Source of the DNA: Octopus vulgaris
Lineage: Eukaryota
Direction of reading: 5' to 3'
NCBI GenBank assembly: GCA_951406725.2
Contig: OX597831.1
Location: forward strand, 76,446,001-76,510,000
DNA: 64,000 nucleotides
Within the stretch, counting starts at the first letter, position 1; each line of letters opens with the position of its first letter. Both the position numbers and the translations under genes were made by a program. A model generated the notes under the pieces. That model was not told the origin of the DNA and made no database searches. It saw nothing but the letters and a program-made list of their open reading frames with translations. Of the stretch, positions 13,181-25,814 are shown piece after piece.

Positions 13181-13446
13181 TAGTGTGTGTAATCTTTAAC
13201 CTAAAGCCGGTGGGAAGTGGTGAAAGAGGGGAGGGTGTAAGTGGGACAGGGGGTGGAATGGGACAGGGGGTAGTGTATAGCGGATGACGGGGCTATGATA
13301 GTCGAGTCTTAATGATAATCGTCACGGGTGAGTGCTTACAACAAAGGCCTGAGGGTATTTGACTAGTTGACAGGACAAGGTGGCGAGCGGCAGACGGGAG
13401 GTGGATGCGAGCGGCAGAGTGGGATGTAAAGGACTAAGACTGCATT

Positions 13447-13481
<35 letters not shown>

Positions 13482-13499
13482 GCTACTACTATTACAATT

Positions 13500-13880
13500 C
13501 TTTTCTACTCTAAGCACAAGGCCCAAAATTTTGGGCGAGGGGGCCAGTCGGTTGGATCGACCCGAGTACTTGATTTATCGACCCCGAAAGGAGAAAGGCA
13601 AAGGTCGCCCTCGGCGGAATTTGAACTCAGAACGTAAAGGCAGACGAAATACCTATTTCTTTACTACCCGCAAGGGGCTAAACACAGAGAGGACGCACAA
13701 GGATAGACAGACGGATTAAATCGATTGCATCGACCCCAGTGCGTAACTGGTACTTAATTTATCGACTCCGAAAGGATGAAAGGCAAAGTCGACCTCAGCG
13801 GAAATTGAACTCAGAACGTAACGGCAGACGAAATACGGCTACGCATTTCGCCCGTCATGCTAACGTTTCTGCCAGCTCGC
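13500..13880 (-). mobile_element. SINE family B, tandem dimer
   Basis: Two consecutive core units on the minus strand. Confidence 0.85.
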
Positions 13881-13937
13881 ATGTCTTCGGTGCATCTATC
13901 TATCTAACTATCTATCTTTTTTTTTTTTTTCTTTTTT

Positions 13938-14012
13938 AAACCTTCAAAAGAAAAGCTCTACCTTGTAATTTGTTCTATCTGTGTGCAGCCCTGTGTGGCT
14001 AATAAAGAAACA
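13938..14012 (+). mobile_element. 75-bp retroelement 3' end within (ATCT)n; identical copy at 21866-21941 (-)
   Basis: aaaccttcaaaagaaaagctctaccttgtaatttgttctatctgtgtgcagccctgtgtggctaataaagaaaca with AATAAA just before the (TATC)n tail. Confidence 0.7.
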
Positions 14013-14054
<42 letters not shown>

Positions 14055-14056
<2 letters not shown>

Positions 14057-14430
14057 GAGCGTGGAGAGGCAAGTTTTGTCTAGCGAATGTTTAAAAAAAG
14101 ATGGGTGAATGTAGCAAGGATGGCAGGTATGAATGACGAAGCCACCTTGAGCATAATCCTATGAACCCAGAAATTGAAAATAGAGGGTTACCCACTTGCA
14201 AACAAATGTGGTAACATATAACAATATTGACAGAGGTTACCGTGGTCTTTTTCGTAGGCTTTTTCTCCCACGGATAAACCTTATCAACTTCCCCTTTACA
14301 CCGTACATCATGACACTGTGATACACGATCCCTATTGATCGTTTGTTTTTTCCTCTTCCCCTTTTATCCTCTTTTTTCTTCTTTTTTTCCTTTTTTCTTT
14401 TCTTTTGTTTCTTTTCCTTCTTTCCCCCCT
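14055..14430 (+). mobile_element. Possible LINE ORF2 end and 3' UTR fragment (Tx1/L1-like)
   Basis: RVERQVLS..FKKRWVNVARM followed by a stop and a pyrimidine-rich UTR; weak motif recall only. Confidence 0.3.
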
Positions 14431-14435
14431 TTTAC

Positions 14436-14945
14436 GATCACTGGTGATGAAAGCTGGTGCTATGGAACTATGGAATTTGGAGGCGGCGAGCTGGCAGAAT
14501 CGTTAGCACGCCGGGCGAAATGCGTAGCCGTATTTCGTCTGTCGCTACGTTGTGAGTTCAAATTCCGCCGAGGTGGACTTTGCCTTTCATCCTTTCGGGG
14601 TCGATAAATTAAGTACCAGTTACGCACTGGGGTCGATGTAATGGACTTAATCCATTTATCTGTCCTTGTTTGTCCCCTCTGTGTTTAGCCCCTTGTGGGT
14701 AATAAAGAAATAGGAACTATGGAATTTGCAGATGTAGAAGAGGTGAAGAAAATAACGATGGGGGCCATTAAAAAACTTCATTTCGCAAGAGTTCCAGCAT
14801 TGCTTCTAACAGTGGAGAACGCGTGTGGACCGATGCCTTGTTTTAAATGGAGAATATTTTGAAGGCAAAAAATGTGTAAATATATGAAACTAAGTGAATA
14901 AAAGAATATTGCAAAATCCCGGTTTCTTTTGGGTACTTCCCCGTA
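14436..14945 (+). mobile_element. Mariner 3' fragment with internal deletion, interrupted by a SINE B
   Basis: ITGDESWCYG fused to FADVEEVKK..QWRTRVDRC..NGEYFEG; ends in TIR ..gggtacttccccg followed by TA. Confidence 0.85.
14480..14712 (+). mobile_element. SINE family B with 16-bp target site duplication
   Basis: ggaactatggaatttg at 14464-14479 and 14713-14728. Confidence 0.92.
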
Positions 14946-14948
14946 TAA

Positions 14949-14997
<49 letters not shown>

Positions 14998-15112
14998 GCT
15001 ATAAATAATATATATGTGTGTGTGTGTGTATGTGTGTGTGTGTGTGTGTGTGTGTATGTATGCATCTATATATGCATATGTGGGTACAGGACGTCACCAA
15101 CTGTAAACAACA

Positions 15113-15310
15113 AGAGTGGCTGTGTGGTAAGTAGCTTGCTAACCAACCACATGGTTCCGGGTTCATTCCCACTGCGTGGCATCTTGGGCAAGTGTCTTCT
15201 GCTATAGCCCCGGGCCGACTAATGCCTTGTGAGTGTCTTCTACTATTGCTTCGGGCCGACCAGAGCCTTGTGAATGGATCTGATAGACGGAGACTGAAAG
15301 AAGCCCGTCG

Positions 15311-15346
<36 letters not shown>

Positions 15347-15543
15347 GGTCCCGGGTTGAGTCGGGGTTAACCACAGTAAATAAGGTACTCAATACATAGC
15401 AGAGTAAATTAATTTATTTTATAGAAGGAGCTTCTACAGGACTAGAACTGTTTCATTCAAAAGAAATCATCAGGAAGCTTCCTGATGATTTCTTTTGAAT
15501 GAAACAGTTCTAGTCCTGTAGAAGCTCCTTCTATAAAATAAAT

Positions 15544-15584
<41 letters not shown>

Positions 15585-15720
15585 ATGTACGTATGTATGT
15601 ATGTATTTGTGTGTCTGTGTTTGTCCCCCACCATCGCTTGACAACCGATGTTGCGTGTTTACGTTCCCGTAACTTAGTGGTTCAGTAAAAGAATTAAAGA
15701 ATAAAAGAATAAAAGAATAT
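15113..15720 (+). mobile_element. SINE family A interrupted in its internal (TA)n by a palindromic module
   Basis: Head at 15113-15312, downstream part at about 15605-15720. Confidence 0.8.
15412..15543. repeat. Perfect 132-bp palindrome with a hammerhead-like core in each arm
   Basis: 66-bp arms centred on aag|ctt (15477/15478); each arm reads CUGAUGA-UUUCUUUUGAAU-GAAAC-AGUUCUA-GUC. Single-arm copy at 41117-41241. Confidence 0.92.
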
Positions 15721-16811
15721 ATGATGTTTCGCCATACTTCACTTTTCTGCCAGTTTGCCAAATAAGATTATTGAATTTTTCTTGTTATTGTAATTCCATT
15801 TGTTGTAATGATATGCGGTGGAATCGGCGATGTTGTTGTTGTCGGTGGTGGTGGTGGTACTGCTGCTGGTGTTGCTGGCTTTTATGGGGGTTTCTTGCGT
15901 TGGTACTTGTGGGCATGTTGCTGTTTGTGGCGGTGGTGGTGGCATCGGTCTGTTGTGGTGGTTGTGGTGGTAGTGGTGGTGAGGGTGGTGGTAGTCGTCA
16001 TGGTGGTGGTGGTGGTGGTGATGGTGGTGTTGTTGGCGCCGGTCTGTTGTGGTGGTTGTGGTAGTAGTGGTGGTGATGGTGGTGGTAGTGGTCATGGTGG
16101 GGGTGGCAGTGGTGATGGTGGTGGTCATGGTGGTGGTCATGGTGATGGTGGTGGTGGTGATGGTGATGGTGGCGGTGGCACTCAGGATGGCGGAGGCTGT
16201 GGTGGTGGTGGTGGTGGTGGTGGTGGTGGTGGTGGTGGTGTTGGCGCCGGTCTGTTGTGGTGGTTGTGGTAGTAGTGGTGGTGGCGGTGGCGGTGGCGGT
16301 GGTGGTGTTGGTGGTGGTAGTGGTGGGTAGTTGTGATCGTAGGTGACCCCCTGCATTTGGTAGTTTGACCGAGATACAATAATGGATAAAGCTGAGAACG
16401 AGAAAATAAAAAGCCCGTTATGGCAGATTGGAGTGTTGCCAGATTCACTCCCATCCACCCACCTCCACCCACCTCCACCCTCGCTCTTCTACACACCTCC
16501 TCCTTCACCTACACCCTCTCCCTCCCCCCACTCGCCCACACTCTCATCACAAATTCACAATTATCCTCTGTTTGAGGATTAAGCAAAGGACACGACGAAC
16601 GACCGTAACATTTCTTCTGGAAATCACATAGGATTTCCAAATCGAACGCAGCGAATAACTTCCAGATGTTCCTGGGGTCAGACAGTGCTCTCCAGAGCAG
16701 CTGGTAGTGGCAGTAGTAGTAGTAGAGACAGTAGCGGTGTTGTCGCAGATCTTGATACTGGTGGTCTCTGAATGTTCCGGATAAACTGTAACCCAAAGGG
16801 CTGCTTTAACC

Positions 16812-17979
16812 TTGTGATTCCCAACCATTTTTTTTTTTTTCGTTTTTATCCATGGACCCTTTTGATTACTGTTCTATTCTGGCAGACCCCTAAACTAATT
16901 TAATAGATTCTTCCTCCAAAATTCTGATTTTACACGTTCACTTGGAATGGAATGGAAGCACTCCGTCGGTTACGACGACGAGGGTTCCGGTTGATCCGAT
17001 CAACGGAACAGCCTGCTCATGAAATTAACGTGTAAGTGGCTGAGCACTCCACAGACACATGTACCCTTAACGTAGTTCTCGGGGATATTCAGCGTGACAC
17101 AGAGAGTGACAAGGCCGGCCCTTTGAAATACAGGTACAACAGAAACAGGAAGAAAGAGTGAGAGAAAGTTGTGGTGAAAGAGTACAGCAGGGATTACCAC
17201 CATCCCCTGCCGGAGACTCGTGGAGCTTTAGGTGTTTTCGCTCAATAAACACACACAACGCCCGGTCTGGGAATCGAAACCGCGATCCTCCGACCGCGAG
17301 CCCGCTGCTCTAACCACTGGGCCATTTTTGCAACAGCATTCACTGACGGAACATGTTTCAGGGATTAGAAACATGTTGAACTGTGTGAAACGTTAAAGAA
17401 AAAAAGCCTCACTGCTTCTTTCAATGATTGCATTCAAATCAAAATATTTTCATGGACCCTTAACAAACTACTCTCTTTTACTCTTTTACTTGTTTCAGTC
17501 ATTTGACTGCAGCCATGCTGGAGCACCGCCTTTAGTCGAGCAAATCGACCCCAGGACTTATTCTTTGTAAGCCTAGTACTTATTCTATCGGTCGCGTTTG
17601 CCAAACCGCTAAGTTACGGGAACGCAAACACACCAGCATCGGTTGTCAAGCGATGTTGGGGGGACAAACACAGACACACAAACATATACACACACATACA
17701 TATACATATATATACATATATACGACAAGCTTCTTTCAGTTTCCGTCTACCAAATCCACTCACAACGCTTTGGTTGGCCCGAGGCTATAGTAGAAGACAC
17801 TTGCCCAAGGTGCCACGCAGTGGGACTGAACCCGGAACCATGTAGTTCGTAAGCAAGCTACTTACCACATAGCCTACTGTCGATCCCTAATTTACAAGTT
17901 TGCTTGCGTGCACCCTCCATGCCCCCAATTTTATATGGACACCCCCTGGGGTCATGTGGAGCGCGGTTGAGGACCATTG
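16812..17979. mobile_element. hAT-like MITE carrying nested SINE C (16957-17325, -) and SINE A (17469-17878, -)
   Basis: Left gtgattcccaacc and right ggttgaggaccattg resemble the TIR at 10620; internal atggacccc motifs. The SINE copies are unambiguous. Confidence 0.6.
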
Positions 17980-18217
17980 CTCTTAAATCGATCAGAATAT
18001 GAAGACGATAAGCAAACCGTCCTTCATAGTGATCCTATTATCCGGTTCCATCAAAGACACAAGACATCGAACGTGTATAGGCAGATGAGCGCGATCGAAC
18101 AGATGTTCTCACGAATCAACAGGAAACGTTATATGTGCTTGTGTGTGTGTGTGTGTATGTGTGTGCGCGTGTGGGTGTGTGCGCGCGTGTGTGTACTTTC
18201 GTATTATTATTATTGCT

Positions 18218-18250
<33 letters not shown>

Positions 18251-18266
18251 GTTGTTGTTGTTCTTG

Positions 18267-18346
<80 letters not shown>

Positions 18347-18359
18347 TAGTTTTATTATT

Positions 18360-18653
18360 GTAGCGTGCTTTCACTTCACTACCGAGCGCAGCTCTGTGTG
18401 CCTTAGGTATGTGCTGTGATTTGTTGTGATGCTCCGATGGTTACTGTATTGAAAGTGTTCTGCGTAGGTTGTGTACAGTGCCTAGTAGTGCAATTTTCTG
18501 TATGTTATACGTGTTTGTAAGTCCTGGTGTTTTTGTTATGTATTTGTCTGAATATTTTTTTATCATGCCTCATGCACCTACTATGATAGGAATTGTTTCT
18601 GTTTTTAGATTCCACATTCGAGTTACCTCTATTTCCAGGTCTTTGTATTTTGA
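18360..18653 (-). mobile_element. R4/Dong-type (restriction-like endonuclease) LINE 3' end, subfamily 1
   Basis: SKYKDLEIEVTRMWNLKTETIPIIVGA*GMI..IQKIALLGT.H.LRRTLS, then a UTR running into (TAA)n at about 18200-18345. Confidence 0.88.
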
Positions 18654-19554
18654 TGTTGACAAAGCCCTGACCCATCAATGGCTAATGGCCTCTGGCTTAA
18701 AATCTGAAACAGAAGGGTTTATCATAGCAGCTCAAGATCAATGCCTACCTAAAAGGAACTACCAGGCCAACATATTAAAGAACGGCAGTAGCCCAACATG
18801 TCGTGTTTGTCAACAACAAAATGAAACCATTGATCATATTGTCTCCAAGTGCAGTCTTCTTGCGCCTACAGAGTATCTCAACAGGCATGATAGAGCTGCA
18901 CAATATATTCACTGGGTAATTTGCAGAAGCCTGGACTTGCCCCATGATAAAAACTGGTGGGAACACAAACCACCTCCAGTGCTTGAAAATGACCACATCT
19001 CACTCCTCTGGAACTTCACCATTCAAACTGACAGAAAGATAGACGCGAATAGGCCAGACATCATAGTAAAAGACTTCAGACAAAAAGCATGCCTCCTCAT
19101 TGATATGACTGTCCCAATCGATGTAAACGTATCTGCCTAGACCTACCAGAAACTGGGCAAATATAAAGATTTGGAAATAGGAATCAGCAAAATGTGGAAC
19201 CTGAAGACTAAAACAATACCTGTTGTCATAGGTGCCCTGGGAATAATAGCAAAAGAGGCTGATTGCTACATAACTCAGATACCAGGAAACCCCAAAATGG
19301 CAGAAATTCAAAAGATAGTGCTCATGGGAACTGCACATATCCTACGCAAAATACTTTCTTTGTAATCTCAAGTTTTAAAACAAACATAATTTTCGTGCGG
19401 TTCTTTAGGCATTCACTAGTACAATACTAAGTACAAAACCTAATATATGGCACCCTAGGCATAACACCAACATGAACTTCCAACTTGTTGTCTCTTGAGG
19501 TCTGTGTGAGACTTGGAGCCAGCTTGTGCAAATGTAAAGCAAAAGTCAAACATA

Positions 19555-19556
<2 letters not shown>
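18651..19556 (+). mobile_element. R4/Dong-type LINE 3' portion (CCHC zinc finger + PD-(D/E)xK endonuclease), subfamily 2
   Basis: ETEGFIIAAQDQ..CRVC..ETIDHIVSKC..YLNRHD..ANRPDII..LIDMTVP..KYKDLE..VIGALG; ends in a long (AAT)n. Confidence 0.92.
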
Positions 19557-19845
<289 letters not shown>

Positions 19846-20174
19846 GTCACTTAAACAACAACCACAACAACAGACAAGTATAATTTAGACAATTTGATAT
19901 TCCTTTAGAATAGCTGTGACCACAATAGGGCAAATAACCTTTGTTTTATTGGACAAAACAAGTGAAACAATATGTCTGCCAACTCTGTCAAATACAATCA
20001 ACAACGAACGCAACGCTGATCGTTTAAGATTGATGAAAATGTATATATTTGCTTATCTGTAGCCATGATGTGAATGTGAATTAAAAGGTGTTAATGTTGA
20101 TGCTAATGTTTTTGAGATCACTGTTGTTGTTTTCATGGTTCTTGTTATTGCTGTTGTTGCTGTTGTTGTTTGGT

Positions 20175-20840
20175 TATTACTTTACGTGTTATTGTCCTGA
20201 CTACGTTACTGTACGCCTGCGAGGTTTGGACGGTTTATGAATGTCACGCCAAATGGCTAAACCGTGACCACATGAACTGCCTGAGAAAGCTGTTGAAAAT
20301 CCTGCCCTAGCAAGACAAGGTCCCGGATACAAAGGTCCTTTCTCGAGCTGATCTGCCAAGCATTTACAAACTGCTGAAGAGAGCGTGAGTCAGGTGGGCA
20401 GGCCATCTTGTTTGAATACCTGACAGGCTACTCTGCAAGAGACTGTTTGACAGCGAACTGGCGGAAGGCAAGTGCATGCAAGGAGGACAAAAAAAAAAGC
20501 GTTTCAAAGATACATTCAAGGCCTCAACGGAAGAGATCTTAGATCAAACCTGACACCTGGGAAACGCAAGCACAATATCGCACTGCCAGGTGATGTACCA
20601 TCAGTGCTGCCACCTCCAGCGAACAGAACAGGATTGCAAGAACACGAAGACAACGTGAACTGTGCAAGTCCAGTGCCAGCTCTTCGCCTTCATCAGTTCC
20701 AGCTGACCACTCGTGCCCGACCTGAAGCACAACCTTCCGAGTACGCATCAGACTGATCGACCACAGCCGGACACACCCTGACCTGTCTTCTTCTCTCATT
20801 TGATGTCTTTGGTCGTAGTCCATAACGACAGACGAGCTAG
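20175..20840 (+). mobile_element. RTE/BovB-like LINE 3' fragment, decayed
   Basis: IVLTTLLYACEVWTVY..CLRKLLKI..QDKVPDT..VRWAGHLV..GGQKK.RFKD and a terminal zinc-finger remnant (HSRTH). Confidence 0.88.
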
Positions 20841-21139
20841 GAATAATAATAATAACAAACTGTCACTTAAACAACAACCAAAACAATAATAATAATGGTG
20901 GTGATGGTAGTAGTGGTTGTGGTGGTAGCGATGGTGGTGGTGGTGGTGATAGTGATGGTGCTGGTGTTGGCGGTGGTTGCATTTGTGATTTTTGGCAGTG
21001 GTGGTGATCATTGTGGTGGTGGTGGTGATGCTGGTGGGGGCAACGGTTATAGTTCTAGTGGTGGAGGTGGTATTGGTGTTGGCGCTGGTGATGGTGCTGG
21101 TCGTGGTAGTGATGCTTGTGGCGGTGGCAGTTGTGGTGG

Positions 21140-21170
<31 letters not shown>

Positions 21171-21489
21171 GTTGGTGGTGGTGTTGATGTTTTGCTAAGA
21201 CGAGTGGGTTGCATTATTTTTTCGGTCGTCAAAATTTAAGGTCTTTAAATATGTAAATTAAGGCCCTTAAATATGCAAATATGTGTTGTTGACGATGCAA
21301 ATTGTTGCGAAGACGTTGGCAAATGTAAATTAGATGTTGCTAAATCGACAAAAACTTAATTAAATGGATTCAGTTGGAGAACATCGAGAAGAAACAAACG
21401 TTACCAGGGATACCAGCATTTCGTGTCAACGTGTGTTTGGTAATGTGTGTGTGTGTAAGGGGGGGGGGAGATATGACATAGATGTATAT

Positions 21490-21530
<41 letters not shown>

Positions 21531-21659
21531 TTTGCATTTTGTGTTAGTTTATGCTTTTCTATAAAAAGGAGAAAGAAAAGAGAAGGGCGGAGGAGGAGGA
21601 GGAGGAGGAGGAAGGGATGGAAAAGAGAGATAAAGAGCGAGAGATAGATATATATATAT

Positions 21660-22111
<452 letters not shown>

Positions 22112-22474
22112 GGAGAGAGAGAGAGAGATGTATTATTTAATAGGTATTTGCTATGCAAATTGGCCAGACAATGATACTAAAGATCGTGTGTGTGTGTGTG
22201 TTCAAACATATGCTGCAAGAATGGGCTTGCGTGCATAAACATTTACATGCATGTTTATGCAGATTTGCATGAGATATCACCATGCACGCGTGGGTGTGAG
22301 TGGGTGTGTGTGTGTGCGTGTATATGAACTATATAGGTGTGTATGTGAGTGTGCATGTATATATTATATATTATGGATTGAGAGAAATAAAAATAATAGA
22401 TATGCGTATGTGTGGATGGATGGATTTATCTATATATTTGTCTGTGTCTCTACAAGGGAGAGAGAGAGAGGGGG

Positions 22475-22514
<40 letters not shown>

Positions 22515-22961
22515 GTGTGTATTTAAGTATCACAATAAATGCGCATATAATACGTAATCAAGTAATTTTTATATTTGTTCCGCTAATCAAATTACCTTGT
22601 TACTATCGCAAAACGCAACATCTGGATTTTCATACACCAAAAGCATACAAGCCACCTCTCTCTTACATACATATACACATACATACGCAAGGAATATTAT
22701 ATATGTATGTATGTTCTCTTTTTCTTTTTTTATTGAGAATCGATACTGACCGGCCACCTGGTTTGTAGCAAGGCTGTGAAGGAAAGGGTCTGGTTTTGTT
22801 CATCATCCTTTCAATATTAAGGTCTTGCAGATTCTTATAGCCCCAGATATCATCATCATTTCTAGCATATGAATTAAGGATTTGCATTCTCTCCCAAAGA
22901 ACCCGAATTCAGCCACACTTTGTTTCAGGCGGGTTGGTATGTATTCTGTTGCTCCAGTAAT

Positions 22962-23134
22962 CTTTCCTACTAAAATGCACAAGGTCTGAAATTTGCGGTG
23001 AGGGGACCAGTCGATTACACCGACCTTGGTACTTAATTTATCGACTCCGAAAGGATGAAAGGCAAGGTCGACCTCGTTGGAATTTGAACTCAGAACCCAA
23101 AGCATTTCGCTTAGGATTCTGCCAGCTCGCCGCC
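22962..23134 (-). mobile_element. SINE family B with 18-bp target duplication
   Basis: ttctgttgctccagtaat (22944-22961) versus ttctgttgccccaataat (23135-23152). Confidence 0.85.
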
Positions 23135-23384
23135 TTCTGTTGCCCCAATAATAATAAGTATAAACCTGCAAGTGGATCTTCGATACTGGATTTGCAAACA
23201 CCTTATCAATGATCCACTGATGCCATCTTTCGCCTGTATTTTTCTAACCACAGTGGTGTTCAGAGGGCAGCTGACTTCCACAATTAAACTTATCTTTTCT
23301 GTTGTGGTCACACACAACAAAATCTGTCTGACTCTGTTCTTTTGATCTATTGATCTCAATATGGTCAAATTTGTTTCTAGGTAT

Positions 23385-23651
23385 TTTCTTTTACACGTTT
23401 CAGTCATTTTGACTGCGACCATGCTAGAGCACCGCCTTAATCGAACAAATCGACCCCAGGACTTATTCTTTGTAAGCCTAATACTTATTCTATCAGTCTC
23501 GTTTATCGAACCGCTAAGAAACGGGGACGTAATCACACCAACATCAGTTGTCAAGCAATGGTGGGGGCTCAAACAGATACATAAATACATACATACATAT
23601 GTATGCATGTATATTTATATGTATGTATATATATGTATGTATATTTATATT

Positions 23652-23690
<39 letters not shown>

Positions 23691-23936
23691 TCTATAATTA
23701 TAAATATAATTATATTTAGGGGTCAGCTAATTGCTTCGCTACATACCGAATTTAGAAAAAGGAGTTAAAAATTCCTTTTCTACTACCGTAAGAATCTCTA
23801 ATTATAATTATGTTTATTATTGTAGAATATTTGTGTAATTTTACCTAAAAACGTTATTTTAACGTACTGATCTACTTGGTAAAATTATTAATTAATTAAT
23901 TAATTAATTAATTAATTTTACCTTATTATTATAAAT

Positions 23937-24012
<76 letters not shown>

Positions 24013-24170
24013 GACGGGCTTCTTTCAGTTTCCGTCAACCAAATCCACTCACAAAGCTTTGGTCGGCTCGAAGCTATAGTAGAAGACACTTGTCCAAGAC
24101 GTCACGTAGTGGGACTGAACCCGGAACCATGTGGTTGGTAAGCAAGCTATTTACCACACAACCACTCCTG
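23385..24170 (-). mobile_element. SINE family A with an AT-rich module (about 23690-23935) inserted in its microsatellite
   Basis: Tail at 23385-23580, head at 24010-24170. The insert end resembles 25850-25900 and 28650-28705. Confidence 0.8.
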
Positions 24171-24714
24171 TAGATATTTTCTCTCTCTCTTTCTCTCTCT
24201 CCTATTAAAAAAATTTTTTTTTTGGTATCCCGTTCCTGACGGTTTTGGCCACAGCATCAGGCCTCGTGGGCAGATAATATCTAGAAGACATTAGAGTTGG
24301 CTATAATGCTGTTGATGTCGTCAGCCTACACTTCTTGTCTGTCAATGTCTTCTGCCTGCTATGTTGTAGGTACTTGGTAGGGATCTCTGATTCTTGAATT
24401 GCATGGAGGTCGCCTTCAAATCGGGATGTCATAAACTCGTCTGTACTCCATGCCAAGCTTTTGATGTGATCAATCCCTTTTATGATTTGTATTTTTATTC
24501 CATATTTTTAGTTTTGTTTTTCTGATAAAAACATTTTACCAGTGTTAGGGAGAGATCTGTATCAGCGCCCTTTTTTTTTCATACTTCTCCTCAAGTTCTT
24601 TAGCTTTCCTATTTATGTTGCTGATTTCGTGGTCGCAAACAAGGGTAAGACAGATATGGTCGCATGCATCGTTGATAACCACTAATCAAAAATACCAAGA
24701 ACAATGCTCTTGTC

Positions 24715-25110
24715 TAAACCCAAAACCGTCACCATGGCATTTTGTTCCGATCAGTCGCTCTTCAGCATTTTAGGTCTTGGAGAAGAGGAGTGATGCCATT
24801 CCATGGTCTGAGCGTTGGTTCCCGGATCAAATAGTTACGGCCACGTTTCATTCCCAAATTGCTAGACCAGGGAAGGACGTGTTTTCATTGAATGCAAACA
24901 CTTTCCAGTAGATGATAGTAGGCTGTCTAACTTCTCGCTTTCAAATCGGGTGCCAGTTACTGAGGTACCCACTTTGCACCCTCTTTCCAATACCCAACGT
25001 CTTCCACCCTTTTCTGTAACGTCCAGTTGTGCAGGAAGCTCAAGGACTTCACCTCGTCTGCCCGCGTAGATCCTTTCATCCACTCGCTGGTGATACGTGT
25101 AAATGGTTGC
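24715..25110 (-). mobile_element. Decayed mariner transposase fragment
   Basis: AKWVPQLL and GNETW..FDPGTNAQTMEWHHSSSPRPK..AMVTV (WVP and TGDETW motifs) in two frames. Confidence 0.8.
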
Positions 25111-25329
25111 AGTTGATGGATTTCTAGTGTGTGTGTGTGTGTACATGTGTGTGTGTACATGTGTGTGTGTACATGTGTGTGTGTACGTGTGTGTGTACAT
25201 GTGTGTGTGTGTGTGCGCGCGTATTTACACACGCTGGCGCACGCTCACTCGTGCGTGTGTGCTTGCATGTATGCGTATGTATATGTGCATGTATATGTTT
25301 ACGTAAGTATATGTGTATGGATTCCTATG

Positions 25330-25382
<53 letters not shown>

Positions 25383-25481
25383 ACTGATGAGGAAAGAGCA
25401 TGTCCATGTCGTGTGTGAATTTGTTCTTTTGTTGTGCTACTGTTCAATTTTGAAACTTATATACCTACATACACACAAGCA

Positions 25482-25532
<51 letters not shown>

Positions 25533-25536
25533 CTAC

Positions 25537-25573
<37 letters not shown>

Positions 25574-25575
<2 letters not shown>

Positions 25576-25814
25576 ATATAAAAGGGCTTAGTAAAATAAA
25601 TTACTTTGCCGCATACTGAACTCATTAGAAATAGCAGCTAAAAAAAACTTTTTTAAAACTATCTCCAATACTTAAAGAAAATTGAGCAAGCACTATACGA
25701 GAGAGATTTTCTTTAAGTATTGGAGATAGTTTTAAAAAAGTTTTTTTTAGCTGCTATTTCTAATGAGTTCAGTATGCGGCAAAGTAATTTATTTTACTAA
25801 GCCCTTTTATATAA
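25574..25814. repeat. Inverted repeat, 109-bp perfect arms, 23-bp spacer
   Basis: 25574-25682 is the reverse complement of 25706-25814; diverged single copy at about 28500-28710. Confidence 0.92.

Larger units (their letters stand above)
22803..24700 (-). mobile_element. Old restriction-like-endonuclease LINE broken into three pieces by later insertions
   Basis: SLAWS..TSRFEG..AIQESEIPTKYL..KKCRL..MSSRYYLPTR (24240-24470); IVEVSCP..LIRCLQ..IIIGATE (23150-23380); EFGF..GAIRICKT (22803-22960). Same family as 48987-49241. Confidence 0.75.

Noticed and set aside
17990-18132. Open frame SEYEDDKQTVLHSDPIIRFHQ as an exon
   Set aside because: No convincing splice donor or recognisable homology.
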